A DNA stretch of 64,000 nt from Squalus acanthias (lineage: Eukaryota): positions 156,924,001 to 156,988,000 of the forward strand of contig CM059431.1 of NCBI GenBank assembly GCA_030390025.1, given 5' to 3'. The position numbers were made by a program, and so were the translations under genes. How positions within the stretch are numbered: position 1 is the first letter of the stretch; each line of letters starts with the position of its first letter. Of the stretch, positions 40,153-53,273 are shown piece by piece. A model generated the notes under the pieces. It worked only from the letters and a program-made list of their open reading frames with translations. It had not been told where the DNA came from and did not search any database.

Positions 40153-43100
40153 CACAGATGCAAGAGTTAACTACCAGAGCAGAGGTGACCGAAACTCGCC
40201 TGGACAACAAGGTAATATTTGACTCGGATTGGCTCCAAGGACCCCGAGCATCCTGTGGTCAATGTGGGTCAAAAGGTAAAGTTCCCGTGGCTGGAAACTT
40301 TGGATGTAGGTGATGATTTTGCGAGCTGTTTGATGTTGAAAAGCCTCGATCTTGAACTTCTTGTTCATACCCGTAGAATAAACGAGAAATATGTTTAAAT
40401 ACTATTTGCAGCAGTATAATTTTAGCGTGCGAGTTTACATTTTGCAGTTTCGTTCTGTTAAATTGTGTTGATTCAAGTAATTTAATTTTCTGAAAAAACA
40501 ACCTTTCTTACAAAATTTAAAGTAGATATTATAGAATTTCAATATAATTGACGAAGTCCATAAATACAGGGCGACGCGTCCATTCTGATACTTTCATTGA
40601 GGACCTCCAGTATAGACTCCATGCCGTAATTACACGCTCCTTCCAGTGGTGGTGCTGTAGAGCCTCAGTTTGACGTCTCCCAGCTCCTCCGCCTGTACCA
40701 ATGAGAAGCCCAACGCACATCTCCGCTTTCCAAATTGCAATTTACCTCGATTTCTGGCCACAAATAATAATATAAAAACAAAATATTTAAAGATGTATAT
40801 TGTTAAGATAATTAACGATTGGAGCAGAGGGAAGATCATGTGAATTGGTCTCTCGCAGTGAGTTGTGATCTGGAATACAGTGTTTTGAAAGGGTGGTGGA
40901 AGCAGCTTCAATAGTAACTTTCAAAAGGGAATTAGATAAATATTTGAAGGGGAAATGTGCAGGGCTGTAAGGAATGTGTAGGGGAGTGGAGGCTTTTTCA
41001 AAGATGTTCTTATACTCGAAACGAGTTTCTTGATGAAACAATCAAATATAATCAAAGAGCTTATTGAAAATAATGTCTGCCATTTTTTCAGTAACTGAAA
41101 TGTATAATCTTCAAAATAAGGTTCTAAATAAAAAGAAAAGCTTCATTTTCGCATGAACATCATTAAATCTGAAGATTGCATTTTTTAAATATTTATTTTA
41201 TTGTCTTTCATGAAGATTTAACTTCAAAGCCTCAGCATGTCTCTGAAACCTGGGTTTACAAGAATATCCGTTACCCTTAGAATAGTTGAATAAATCTTTC
41301 AAAGACATATGTACATTCTGAGTTGTTCGAATTTCTGGATACCAGAAAGACACGGTTCATAGTAACCCCAATTACCTAACTCCAGAGCCGTTCTGTGTTC
41401 ACAACCACAATGCTCTCTGATCCCAGGTCTGGCCCCAGTGCTCGAAAACCCTGAGATGCCCAGTCATTTTCCCAGGATCCTACAGCTAATGCTAAACCTT
41501 GAGACCTCAATTAACACAAAAATACATCGATGTTACAGCACGGAAACAATCCATTCTGCCCAAACAGTCAATGGGTTTCTTTATCCACCACACGAGCAAA
41601 TAACTCCAATCATATTGACCCGCCCTGTTCCAAATTCTTTTGGGAATTCCAAGGTAATTGGCAGATGAACCAGAGACGACAAGAGGAAAAATTTTTTGCG
41701 CAGCGAGTTGTTGCAAAAGGGAATTGGAAATGCCGCTATCTGCTGCTGAATTAATTCTGTCCCGTTACAAGTTTAAATGTTCCTGCACTTCCAATTGATA
41801 GGAGAGGGGGTTATCTCACTTTATTTCCCCTTAACCTGGGTCTACTACTATTCCAGGTGCAAATTGCAATTTTTGCGGAGCTTACGGAAGTTCACTTCCC
41901 AAGCGGAGCCTCACAGACAGATGGAGGATTATCGGAAATTTCCGGATTCATTGCCCTAATTTACCCATAAGCTGATGCCATGATAAGGGATAGTTCGATG
42001 CGGCTGCAAAGGAATTTGGAAAGCGAGGTTAGTCGTGGATCATGTAGGGAACAGTGACAAAGGCTAAAAACATGAGGAGGTCTTGCTAAGGGAATATGTG
42101 AAGTAAGGAGCTAAATTTAAAAAAATGTCTTCAAGGGTGCTCATCTCAGAATTATTACCCGGGCCATGTGCTAATTGCCATAGAGTCAAGCAGACAAGAA
42201 AGGTGAACACGTGGCTGGAAGAGTGGTGTGGGAGGCAGGGGCTCCATTTCATGGGACACTGCTACCAGTACTGGGCAAAGAGATAGCTATACCGTTGGAA
42301 CAGGTTGTACCTGATCCGGGCTGCAGAAAAGTCCGAGTGGAAAGGATAAATAGCTTGGGAAAAATGGACATTAAACTATTAAATCGGTACGGGGAAAGGG
42401 CTCAGTCATAAACAACAGTAAGAATGATAATTGAACGATAAAAAATGATAACAGTAGAGTTCAGGTCACCACAGGGATAGTCCAGGTGAAGGGCATACTA
42501 AAATATTTAAAGTAGTTACAGCAGAATTAACAAATAAGAAACCAGTTAAGTTAAACGGTGCAAGAAACACAGCATCAGGTCAAAAGGTCAGTTTATGTCT
42601 CTTTCACAAATACGAGTTTTATATACTGGCGTACGGGGTATAAGAAATAAAATTAATGAATTGGGGGCTCAAATGTGTCAAGTGGATTCGAGTCTGCTGA
42701 TACAAAGCTGGGTGAGAAAGTAAGTTGTGAAGCAGGATGCAAAGATGATGCAAAGGGATATAGACAGGTTAAGTGAGTTGAAAACAACATGGCATATGGA
42801 AAATATGTGGCGAAATGTGAAGTCTTCCACTTTTGTAGGAAAAACAGATCAGAAAATGTTGGGAATCAGAGCGAAGTGGGTATCCTTGTACACTGCAAGT
42901 TAGCATGCAGGTGAAAAAACAATTAGGAAAGCAAATGGTATGTTAGCTTTATTTTTTTTTTAAAGATTGGGGTCTAAGAGTAAATAAGTAATACAGCAAT
43001 TATATCAGTCCATGGTGAGGCCACACCTGGAGTACTGTGTAAAGTTTTGGTCTCATTACCTAAGGAAGGATATACTTCTCTTACAGTTAGTGCAACGAAG

Positions 43101-43878
43101 GTCCAACAGACTGATTGCTTGGGAAGAGGGGATTGTCCTATGAGGAAAGAATGTGCAGACTCGGCCCATATTCCCTAGAATTTAGAAAAATTAGAGAGGA
43201 TCTCGTTTCAACATATAACCAAATTACAGGGCTGGATTGGGTAGATGCTGGGAGAGGTTTCCCCTGGCTGGGGAGTCTAGAGCTAAGGAACACAGTCTCA
43301 GAATAAGGGGTCGACCATTTATGACTGAGATGATAAGGAAATTCTTCATTCAGATGTTTGGGAATCTTTGGAATTCTCTACACCAGAAGACTGTGGTTAC
43401 TCAGTTGTTGAGTATATTCAAGACAGAGATCGATAGATTTTTGAATATTAAGGGTATCAAGGGATATGGATATAGTTCAGGAAAGTGAAGTTGAGGTAGA
43501 AGATCAGCCGTGATCTTATTGAATGGTGGAGCAGGTTCGTGGGCCCGCATGGCATGCTCCTGTTCCCATTTCTTATGTTCTTAAATACAGCTTAGATGGC
43601 ACGAATCGTAGTTATTACTGGAACATGCTGTAATCTGGTCGTGTTTGAGAGTAAAAAATTCCAGGTTATAAATTCTGTAGAAAGGATAGGGAATCTGTAA
43701 CAGGAGGAGAAGTAACCTTAGTGATAAAAGGTATATTACAACATTAGTGAGAGGATACAGGTAAGGAAAAAATAATCAGCTGAGACTCTGTGGTGCGACT
43801 TGAGGAGTAAGCAAGTACTTAAAGCTTTCACGGGAGTTGTCAACAGGCAACCCGATAGCAGGAATGAACATACGGAAT

Positions 43879-44629
43879 GGCCCGTATTTTCCGATCAGAG
43901 GCTTCCTGCGTGCGAAGGCTTCCGATCTGGAAAAAAAAATCTACGCCATTACCTGAGGGCTCCTGAGGTCCGGACATTTCCACTCCTGGGCCTCTGCTCT
44001 ACGAAATGCGCAGGGCCCAGGTATTCCAGGATCGCAGGCGGTTCGCAAGCATCCCTGGGATCACGTGGGTATGGGGGACCAATGAAAGAAGGGAACTCCC
44101 CTTCGTACATCGCAGCTTAGACCCGTCAAAGGTATAAATGGGGATCACTCAAAAACACATCAAAACATTAAATTCATTTTTTTAAATCAGGTTAATAAAA
44201 TTAGTTAAAATTGCATTAAATTAAATATTTTAACCAAAAATTATTTTTTTGAAGAAAAAATTGACGTTTTTTACGAGGTTAAAAATCAACTTACCTCTTT
44301 AAAAGTATTTTTAAATTATAAATGAGTGAAAAACATATATTTTACTTTTTTAAACATTTATGCTGGTAAAAGCAAGCCTTATGCCTGCTATTACGAGGCG
44401 TAAGATTCTAAGTAATTTCAGCGGGCGGAGGTTCTGCATGAAGGGGAACTCTCCATCCAGATAAGCCCTTCTCCAGGCCAGCCGGTGGATCTGTCAAGAG
44501 AATTCTTGACAGATCGGAAGTGCCGGTTTTCAGCGCATGCGCTTCGCATGCCTGAAACCGGCACTTGTGAGGTCCCTCCGGTTGTGTGCACAGCTCGTAC
44601 CCACCCGTAGGGTTCGGAAAATACGGGCC
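43879..44629. mobile_element. MITE / non-autonomous DNA transposon, PIF-Harbinger-like
   Basis: Perfect TIR ggcccgtattttccga / tcggaaaatacgggcc flanked by AAT and ATT; AT-rich centre; subterminal similarity to 62963-63015. Confidence 0.85.
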
Positions 44630-46118
44630 ATTGAATATGTCATTTCAGAGATTAAAGAGGACTGCCGCAAAAGCAGGGTTGTTTTATTTTGAGACTTTAG
44701 CTTTCAGATAGAATGGGAAGAGCAGAGTAGCTCAAGTCGGAAAGGTAGTGAATTTATTGTGTCCATTCAAGATAGTTTTCTGGAGCAATATGTTGAAGAA
44801 CCAGCAAGAGGCCAGTCCTTCGTTGATTTAGTAATGAGGAATGAGCCAGTCTTATTATTAATCTAACTCTAAGAGAACTACTATCTAACAGTTAGCAGAA
44901 TATACTCGAATGCAATGCAAGCATCGAAAAGGAAAAACGTAGCACAATTTTAAGATCCTACACTTTGGTAAAGCTAACTTTAACGGGAAGAGACAGAGAC
45001 TGACGACAGCAAGCTGGTCTAAATTATTATCGGGTAAGACTACAGGTGAACAGTGGGAGGTGGTCAAACATAATTTATGCAATACAGGACCAGTATATAC
45101 CCTTTAAGGGCAAGAGCACTACTTAACTATTAAAACAGACAGGTCGACATAGCGATAACTTAAAACTATTGGAAATAGTGTGCAAAAGTGTCAAGAATAT
45201 GATAGATCCAGAGGATTGGAATAAACATAAATAACAAAGGAAGAAAAAATGATACTAAGAGCTGCACAAAGGAATACGGAAAAAGGAACTTGTGAGGGTT
45301 ATGAAGATTGACACTAAACTTTTTTACAATTATGTTAGAAGAAAAATACATAGTCAAGGGTAAAGAGTTTTATTTAGAAACAGATGTGGATAATATTGAA
45401 AATTCAAATAAGAAAATGGCAGACGTGTCCAATATTAATGTGTGTCAGTCTTCACGGTAGAGGAAGACAATAATGTGCTTAACATTCTAGTGAAACTAGT
45501 AATGAATCAAGAACTGGAACTCACTAAATTTAACGTAAATAATAAACCGTATCATAAAAAAATAATGACACTAAAGACTGACTGATCCTCAGGATCTGAT
45601 GGATTCCACCACAAATATTTAAAGGAAGTAGGTGAGTTAATTGCACATGCTTTAGTCATAATCTTCCAAAGCTCTAGATTCAGGAATTATCCCTTTAGTT
45701 TGGGAAGTTACAAATCTAACTCCACTATTTAAGAAAGTTGTCAGATAGAAACCAGGAAATTATAGACCCTTTCGTCTAATATCTGTTGTAGGGAAGTTAT
45801 TGGCATCTACAGTTAAAGACAGCGTGACTGAGCACCTCGACATTATTGAGCTAATTAGAGAGAGCCAACATCGTTTTGTAAATAGTAGCTTATGTATAAC
45901 GAAAATATTTGAATTTTTTTGAGGAAATAACTAAAGTATTACAGAGGGAAATGTATAAGGATGTAATTTATATGGAAGCCAAGAAAACATTCGGTAGGGT
46001 TCCACATAAGAGACTATTTACTGTAATTCAAGTTCATGGAATTGAATGCAAATTATTGACGTGGTTAGGATACTGGTTAAGCGGTAGAAGAGACAGTAGG
46101 AATAAATAGTATATACTC

Positions 46119-46502
46119 CTCAGAGCTCCGAAACTGCAAGAGAGCCCCAGGTGGGCAGAGGAAACGCTTCAAGGACACCCTCAAAGCCTCCTTGAAAAAG
46201 TGCAACATCCACACCGATACCTGGGAATCCCTGGCAGAAGACCGCACCAAGTGGAGGAGAAACATCCGGGAAGGCGCCAAGCACCTCGAGTCTCTTCGCC
46301 AGACACAAGCGGATGGCAAGCAAAAAGCGCGGAAGGAGCGCAAGTCAACCCAAGCACCCCAGCCACCCGCCCCTTCAACCACCGTCTGCCCCACCTGTGA
46401 CAGAGACTGTAGGTCCCGTATTAGACTCATCAGTCACCTGAGAACTCATTTTTAGTTTGGTAGCAAATCATTCTCAGTTCCAAGGGACTGCCTAAGAAGA
46501 AG
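46119..46502 (+). mobile_element. RTE/BovB-like LINE 3' end
   Basis: GGQRKRFKDTLKASLKKC..CPTCDRDCRSRIRLISHLRTH; aagaagaag tail; ~28-bp TSD. Confidence 0.92.
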
Positions 46503-47214
46503 AGAGAGTACGGATAATTAGTATATACTCGCATTGGAAGGAAGTGACTAGTGGTTTCCCACAAGGATCTGTGCCGGGATTAAAAACATTACTTCATTTT
46601 TTTTCGCTAAGATAACAAAATAGCGAGTCATATATCAAAGTTTGCCGATGAAACAAATGTTGGTGCTACAGTAAGTAATTGAAACGGGAGCATAACATTA
46701 CGAAGAGTCATTCATAGATTAAGTGAATGACAAAACTTTGACAGCTGGATTTCAATACAGGTAAATGTGTGCATATACATATTGGACAAAAAAAACATAA
46801 ATCTGAGTATTTTGAATAGCGGAAAGATAGGAACAGTGGAGGTGCTAACAGATTTAGGGGTCCATGTACACAGATTATTAAAATCTATTTGTCAGATACA
46901 AAATAATCAAAACGGCTCATGTAATATTAGCATTTTAACTAGAGGGCTATCAGATAAATGGTAGAATGTTTTACTTCAGCTATACAAAGTCCTGCTTAGA
47001 CCACATCTGGAATACTGTTTATTGTTCTGGGAAACGTAACTCAGATAGGATATATTGGCCTTGGAAGGATTACAGCGCAGATTCACCAGAGTGTTACCAG
47101 GGCTCCAATGGTTAGACTATAAGGAGAGATTACATGAACTAGTTCTTTCACACATTAAACTTCTATATTGGAATATAGAAGGTTAATAGGTGAAATAAAT
47201 TACGTTTTTTTTAG

Positions 47215-48190
47215 GATTTTGAAAGGACTAATCCGGGACAAAATTAACATTGATTTGGACAAGTGTGGATTAATTAAGAGAAGAACGCACGGATTTGTAA
47301 TAGGCAAATCGTGTTTAACTAACTTGATTGAATTTTTTCATGAGTTAACAGACTGGGTTAATGAGGGCAATGACGTTCATGTGGTGTACATGGACTGCCA
47401 AAAGGCGATTGATAAAGTGCCACTTAATTGGTTTCCAGCAAAGTTGAAGCCCATGGAATAATAGGTGCAGTGGCTGCATGGATACGAAATTAGCTAAGCG
47501 ACAGGAAACAGAGTAGTGGTGAACAGTTGTTTTTTCGGACTGGAATAATGTATACAATGGTGTTCCCCAGGGATCAGTAGTAGGACCAGTGCTTTTCTAG
47601 ATATATATTAATGAGTTGGACTTGGGTGTACAGGGCACAATTTCAAAATTTGCGGATGATGTAAACTTGGAACAGTGAGGAGGATAGGGATACTCCTCAG
47701 GAAGACATAGGCAGACTGGTGGAAACGTTGCAGATGAAGTTTAACGCAGAAAAATGCGAAGTGATACATTTTAGTAGGAGGAATGATGAGAGGCAGTATG
47801 AACTAAAGGGTATATCTAAAGTGGGAGCAGGAACAGAGATATATGGGGGTATATCTGCGCAAATCGTTGAATGTGTCAGGGCAGATTAAGAAAGCGGTTA
47901 ATATATGATACGCATTATAAGTAGAGTGATAGTGTACAAAAGCAATTAATATATGATGTACCTTTATAAAAACACTGGTTCGGCCACAACTGGAGAATTG
48001 TGTCCAATTCTACACTTTAGGAAGGAAGTTAAGGCTTTAGAGAGGGTGCAGAAAATATTTTTAATAATGGTTCCAGCAATAAGTGACTGCAGTTACGTGG
48101 ATAGACTGCAGAAGGTAGGGTACTTCTCCTTAGAGTAGATAATTTTAAGAGGAGATTTGGCAGAGGTGTTCAACATCATGAGGGGTCACC
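47215..48190 (+). mobile_element. CR1 RT fragment
   Basis: ORF 47168-47461 (GKSCLTNLIEFF) and ORF 47953-48138. Confidence 0.85.
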
Positions 48191-48457
48191 GTTTCTGCAA
48201 TGGGTACTAACTACAAGATGAACTGCAGCAACTCGTCAAGGCTTCTTGGACAGCACATCCCGAACCGGCAATCATGACCGCAAGGACAGCAGACGTGTAG
48301 GAACGCCCAGCTTCCAAATCAAGTCACACAACATCCTGACTGGAACATATGTCACCGTTCCCTCATTGTCACTGTGTCCAAATCCTGGAAATCCCTACCC
48401 AACAACACTGAGGGAGCACGTTTATCATATGAACTGCAGCCGTTCAAGAAGACAGCT

Positions 48458-48671
48458 ACCCTCCAATCCATGCGATCTGTTCCAGACTCTATAGAATTTT
48501 GGAAGATGACCAGCAATGCATCTACTATTTCTAGGGCCACTTCTTTAAATACACTAGGATGTATATTATCAGTCCCTGGCGATTTATTGGCCTTCAATCC
48601 CGTCAATTTCCCGAACATCATTTCCCTAAAAATACTGATTTTATTCAGTTCCTCCCTCTCATTAGACCCAA
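48458..48671 (-). mobile_element. Internal CR1 ORF2 fragment flanked by a 15-bp direct repeat, inside another LINE 3' end
   Basis: KLTGLKANKSPG..IHPSVFKEVALE; ttcaagaagacagct at 48443-48457 and 48672-48686. Confidence 0.85.
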
Positions 48672-49219
48672 TTCAAGAAGACAGCTCACAGCACCGTCTT
48701 AAGAGCAACTAGCTTTGGGCAATAAATGCTGACCTTGTCAGCAAAGCCCGTCTCCGAAGAATTAATTCAAAAATCGGTGCCAATTTTCCTATTTATACCT
48801 ATGTTATTTCACTGCAACCAAGAGGTAGAAGTTAATTGATTTATAATAGAAATCGCAAATTTGGAATTTGAGCTGATCCTTGCCTTGTCCTGATCCATGT
48901 GGAGGTCATTATTTTCCCAGAGAATAGTGGACCTCTGGAAAAGGCGTCCGTCTCCTGCGGTGGACGCCTTTCCGCGGAATTCCTTCAAGAGAGAGCTGAA
49001 CTTGTTTCTGGCCGGGGCGGAGAGCACGCGTTACAAAAGGTAAGTACTGAAACGAAGTCAGGACCAGAGTAATCATCTGGAGTAGTTTCAATCGGCTAGA
49101 TGGTTCGGGGAAGAATTTCCTAAATTATTCTTCACAAAATGTCCTGTATTTCGATTTAGTTTTTCGCCTCTCACAGGAGTACGCATGGTTTTGGTTAGGG
49201 TGGAGAGAGAATAGATTGG

Positions 49220-49830
49220 GACTGTAATTGCGGTCGGAGACTTCCCGCATGCAAAAGCCTCTGAAACACAAGTAAAATTCGCAACTACCTGTTGCCGCGG
49301 GACCAACGATCAATTGCGCATATGGTTTCCAAGTGTCCCTGGGATCATGTGGGCCAACCGAAACAATCAAAATGCGGGATCCCCATTATGCTTATGGGAA
49401 TACCATTTACATACGGAATCTCCATGAACATAAAATAAATCACCCAAAAATATATTTTCACAAAAATGAAATTTAAAAAAAATGTTTACATGTCTAAAAT
49501 AAATAAAAAATTCAAACTTTTTATACAAAATACAAATTTAAACAAAACATATTTTTTTTGAAAAAAATATTTTTAAAGTTTACAAAAATGACCTAACCTA
49601 TTTTTGAAGGATTTTTCCTGTTTAAATAAATTTTAAAATATTTGTTTTAATCCTACACAATTAACAGTAGGGCTCAGGCTTGCTTTTACCAGGTGTAAGA
49701 GTTTTATGTGCATTCGCTTGCCATTAGTTGCGCAAAAACCCACTCTCCACCAGTGAATGTCCATTTCCCGTGGATTCGTATGATCCGTCAAGCTGAAACT
49801 TGAAATCGCTGTGGAAACCCGGAATTGCGA
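49220..49830. mobile_element. Diverged MITE related to 43879-44629
   Basis: Shares tccctgggatca(c/t)gtggg, the AT-rich centre and a cttttaccagg(t/c)gtaaga-like motif; termini degenerate. Confidence 0.6.
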
Positions 49831-49834
49831 TATA

Positions 49835-51440
49835 CTTCCAACTCAGGGTGGTGTGTGACTTGGAGGGGAACTTGCAGGTGGTGGTGTTTCCATGTGCCTG
49901 CTGCCTTGTGCTTCTACGTGGAAGAGCCACAGTTTTGGGAAGTGCTGTCGAATTAACTTTGGCGAGTTGCAGCAGTGTATCTTGCAGATGGTACACACTG
50001 CAGCCAGGGTGTGGCGCTGGTGGAGGGAATTAATATGGAAGGTGGTTGATGGGGTGCCTATCAAGCGAGATGCTCTACCCTGGATGGCATAGAGCTTCTT
50101 GAGTGTTGTTGGAACTGCACTTATGCAGGCAAGTGGAGAGTATTCCATCACACTCCTGACTTGTGCATTGTAGATGGTGGAAAGGCTTTGGGGAGTCAGG
50201 AGGTGAGACACTCGCCACAGCCTCTGACCTGCTCTTGCTGCCACAGTATTTGTGTGGCTGGTCCAGCTAAGTTTCTTATCAATGGTGACCCCGAGGATGT
50301 TGATGGTGGAGGATTGAGCAGGTTATTTTTGAGTAAGTGTCGCTTGACAGCACTATCGAGGACACCTTCCATCAATTTGCTAATGTTTGAGAGTAGACTG
50401 ATGGGGCGGTAATTGGCCCGATTGGATTTTTCCTGCTTTTAGTGGACAACACAAACCTGGGCAGTTTTCCACATTGTCGGGTCCATGCCAGTGGTTTAGC
50501 TGTACTAGAACAGCTTGGCTAGAGATGCAGCTAGTTCTGAAGCACAATTCCCCAGCACGACATCTGGGATGTTGTAGGGGCCCATAGCCTTTGTTGCACT
50601 CAGCCGCTTTTTGAAATCACGTGAAGTGCATCGAATTGGCAGAAGACTGGTGTCTGTGATGATGAGGACCTCAGGAGGAGGCCGATGTGGATCATCCACT
50701 CAGCACTTCTTGCTGAATATGATCGCAAACGCTTCAGCCTTGTACTTTGCACTTGCGTAATGGGATGCACCATCATTAAGGATGGGCATATTCATGGAGG
50801 CTACTCCTTCCGTTAGTTGCTTAATTGTCCACCACCATTTACGATTCGATGTAATAGGTTTGCAGAGCTTTGATTTGAGCCGTTATTTGTGGGATCGCTT
50901 CGCTCTGTTTATAGCGTTCTGACTCCACAATTGAGCATGGATGTAGTCCTGTTGCTGCTTCCCTAGACTGGTACCTAATTTTTAGGTACGCCTGGTGCTG
51001 CTCCTGGCATGCTCTTCTGCACTCCTCATAAAACCAGGGTTGGTACCCTGGCTTGAGGTAATGGTAGAGTGGCGAATATGCCTGGCCAGTAGGTTACAGG
51101 TTGTGTTTGAATACAATTCTGCTGCTGCTGCTGATAGCCCACAGAGGCTTACGGATGCCCAGTTTTGACCTCCTAGATCTATTCTCAATCTATCCCATTT
51201 AGCACGGTGGTAGTGCCACCCAGAACGATGGAGGATTTCTTTAGTGTGAAGATGGGACTTTGTCTCCACAAGGAATGTCCGGTGATCACTTCTACCAATG
51301 CTGTCATTGAAAGATGCGTCAGCGACAGGTAGATTGGTGAGGTCGAGGTCAAGTAGGTTTACCCCTCATGTTTTTCTCTCACTAGCTTCCACTGGCCCAG
51401 TCTGGGAGCAATGTCCTTCAGGTCTCGGCCAGCGAGTCCT
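49835..51440 (-). mobile_element. CR1/L2-group LINE, EN-RT fragments
   Basis: ORFs 49843-50244 (YNAQVRSVMEYSPLA), 50505-50699 (KAMGPYNIP), 50982-51269 (WHYHRAKWD). Confidence 0.85.
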
Positions 51441-52374
51441 TTAGAGATTAAAGTGATTTATTTAACTCCGAAACTAGCTTAAATCTAAACAAACCAAACT
51501 GCGTAGGTATGAGGGGTAAGTTGGCTAAGGTAGATTGGCAAACTACTTTAAAAAGTATGACAGTAGACAAGTAATGGCTGGCATTTAAAGAATTAATACA
51601 TAATTTAAAACAAATATACATCCCTTTACGGCAAATCCAAAGGAAAAGTGGTCCAACAGTGACTAAGAAGAGAAGTTAAAGATAGTATTAGATCAAAGGA
51701 AGTGGCTTATAATTATGCCAGAAAAAGAAGTAAGCCGTAGGATTGGGAGAATTTTAGAAATAAGCAAAGGAGGACCAAGCAACGGATAGAAAAGGGAAAA
51801 TAGAATATTAGAGTGAATTAGAGAGAGACATATGGACAGGCTGTAAATGCTTCTATAGCTATGTAAAAAGGAAAAGTTTAGCGAAAGTAAATGTAGGTCC
51901 CTCTACAGGCTAAGAAGGATTACATTATAATGGGGACTAAGGAAATGGCAGCGAAATTAAACAACTACTTTGTGTCTGTCTTCACGGAAGAAGACATTAA
52001 AAACCTCCCAGAAATAATGCATGACTAAGGGCCTGGAAAGAATGAGGAACTGAAAAAAATTATTGTTAGGTAAAAAAAATAGAACTGGAGAAATAAACGG
52101 GACTGAAAGCCAATAAATCCCCTGGACCTGATGGCCTACATCCTAGGGTTTTTGAAAGTGGTGGCTATAGAAATAGTGGATGCATTGGTTGTTATTTTCC
52201 AAAATACCATAGATTCGAGAACGGTTCCCCCGGATTGGAAGGTAGCATATGTAACCCCACTATTTAAGAAAGGAGGGAAGGAGAAAACGGGGAATGACAG
52301 ACCAGTTAGCCTGACATGAGTAGTAGGGAAAATGCTAGAATCTATTATTAAGGACGTGGTAATTGGGCACTCAG

Positions 52375-52540
52375 AAAATACTCAGCGGGTCAGGCAGCAT
52401 CTGTGGCGAGAGAAACAGAGTTAAAGTTTCAGGTCGATGACCTTCTGACGACGCTCGTGGACCTGAAACGTTACGTCTGTTTCACTCTCTGCAAATGCTA
52501 CCAGACCTGCTGAGTATTTGCAGCTTTTTCTGTTTGTATT
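52375..52540. mobile_element. Penelope terminal-repeat fold-back with hammerhead-like core
   Basis: Inverted arms centred near 52443; ctgacga...gaaacgtt at 52445-52472. Confidence 0.7.
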
Positions 52541-53273
52541 TATGAAAGATAAATCGTGTTTGAAATATCTATTAGAGTTTATTGAGGTTCTAACTAGCAG
52601 AATAGATAAGGGGGAATTAATGGATGTGTTGTATTTGGATTTTCAGAAGGCATTCGATAAAGTGCCACACATGAGGATATTAAACCAAATTAGGGCTCCT
52701 GGAATTGGGGGTAACAAACTGGCATGGATTGAGGATTGGTGAGTGGACAAAAAACAGTATGTAGGAATAAACGGGTCATTTTGCGATTTGCTGAATGTAA
52801 CTAGTGGGCTACCGCAAGTTTCAATGCTTTCGCCTCAGCTATTCACAATCTACATCAATGATTTGGATGAGGGGATCAAATGTAATATATCCAAGTTTGC
52901 TGATGATACTTATCTGGGTGGGAATGTAAGTTGTGAGGAGAATGCAAGGAGTTTCAAGCGGATATAGACAGGCTAAGTGAGTGGGCAATAACATGGCAAA
53001 TTTAATATAATGTGGAGAAATGTGACGTTATCCACTTTAGTAGGAAGAATAGAAAAGCAGTGTATTTTTTAAATGGTGCAAGATTGGGAAATGTTGGTTT
53101 TCAGAAGGACATAGATGTCCTTGTACAGGAATCACTGAAAGTTAACATGCAGGTACATCAAGCAATTAGGAAAACAAATGTCATATTGGCCTTTATTAAA
53201 AGAGGATATAAGAGTAAAGACGTCTTACTGCAATTATATAGGATCCTGTTGAGACCTCACCTGGAATATTTTA

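Larger units (their letters stand above)
41975..47180 (+). mobile_element. Old, near full-length CR1 (ORF1 esterase to RT) with nested insertions (CR1 42690-43582, MITE, RTE)
   Basis: Esterase remnants at 41990-42350; EN remnants 42600-44900; RT remnants 45570-47170. Confidence 0.75.

Noticed and set aside
40630..40720. SH3BGR/glutaredoxin-like exon (KLRLYSTTTGRSV)
   Set aside because: Very short resemblance, immediate stop, no supporting exons
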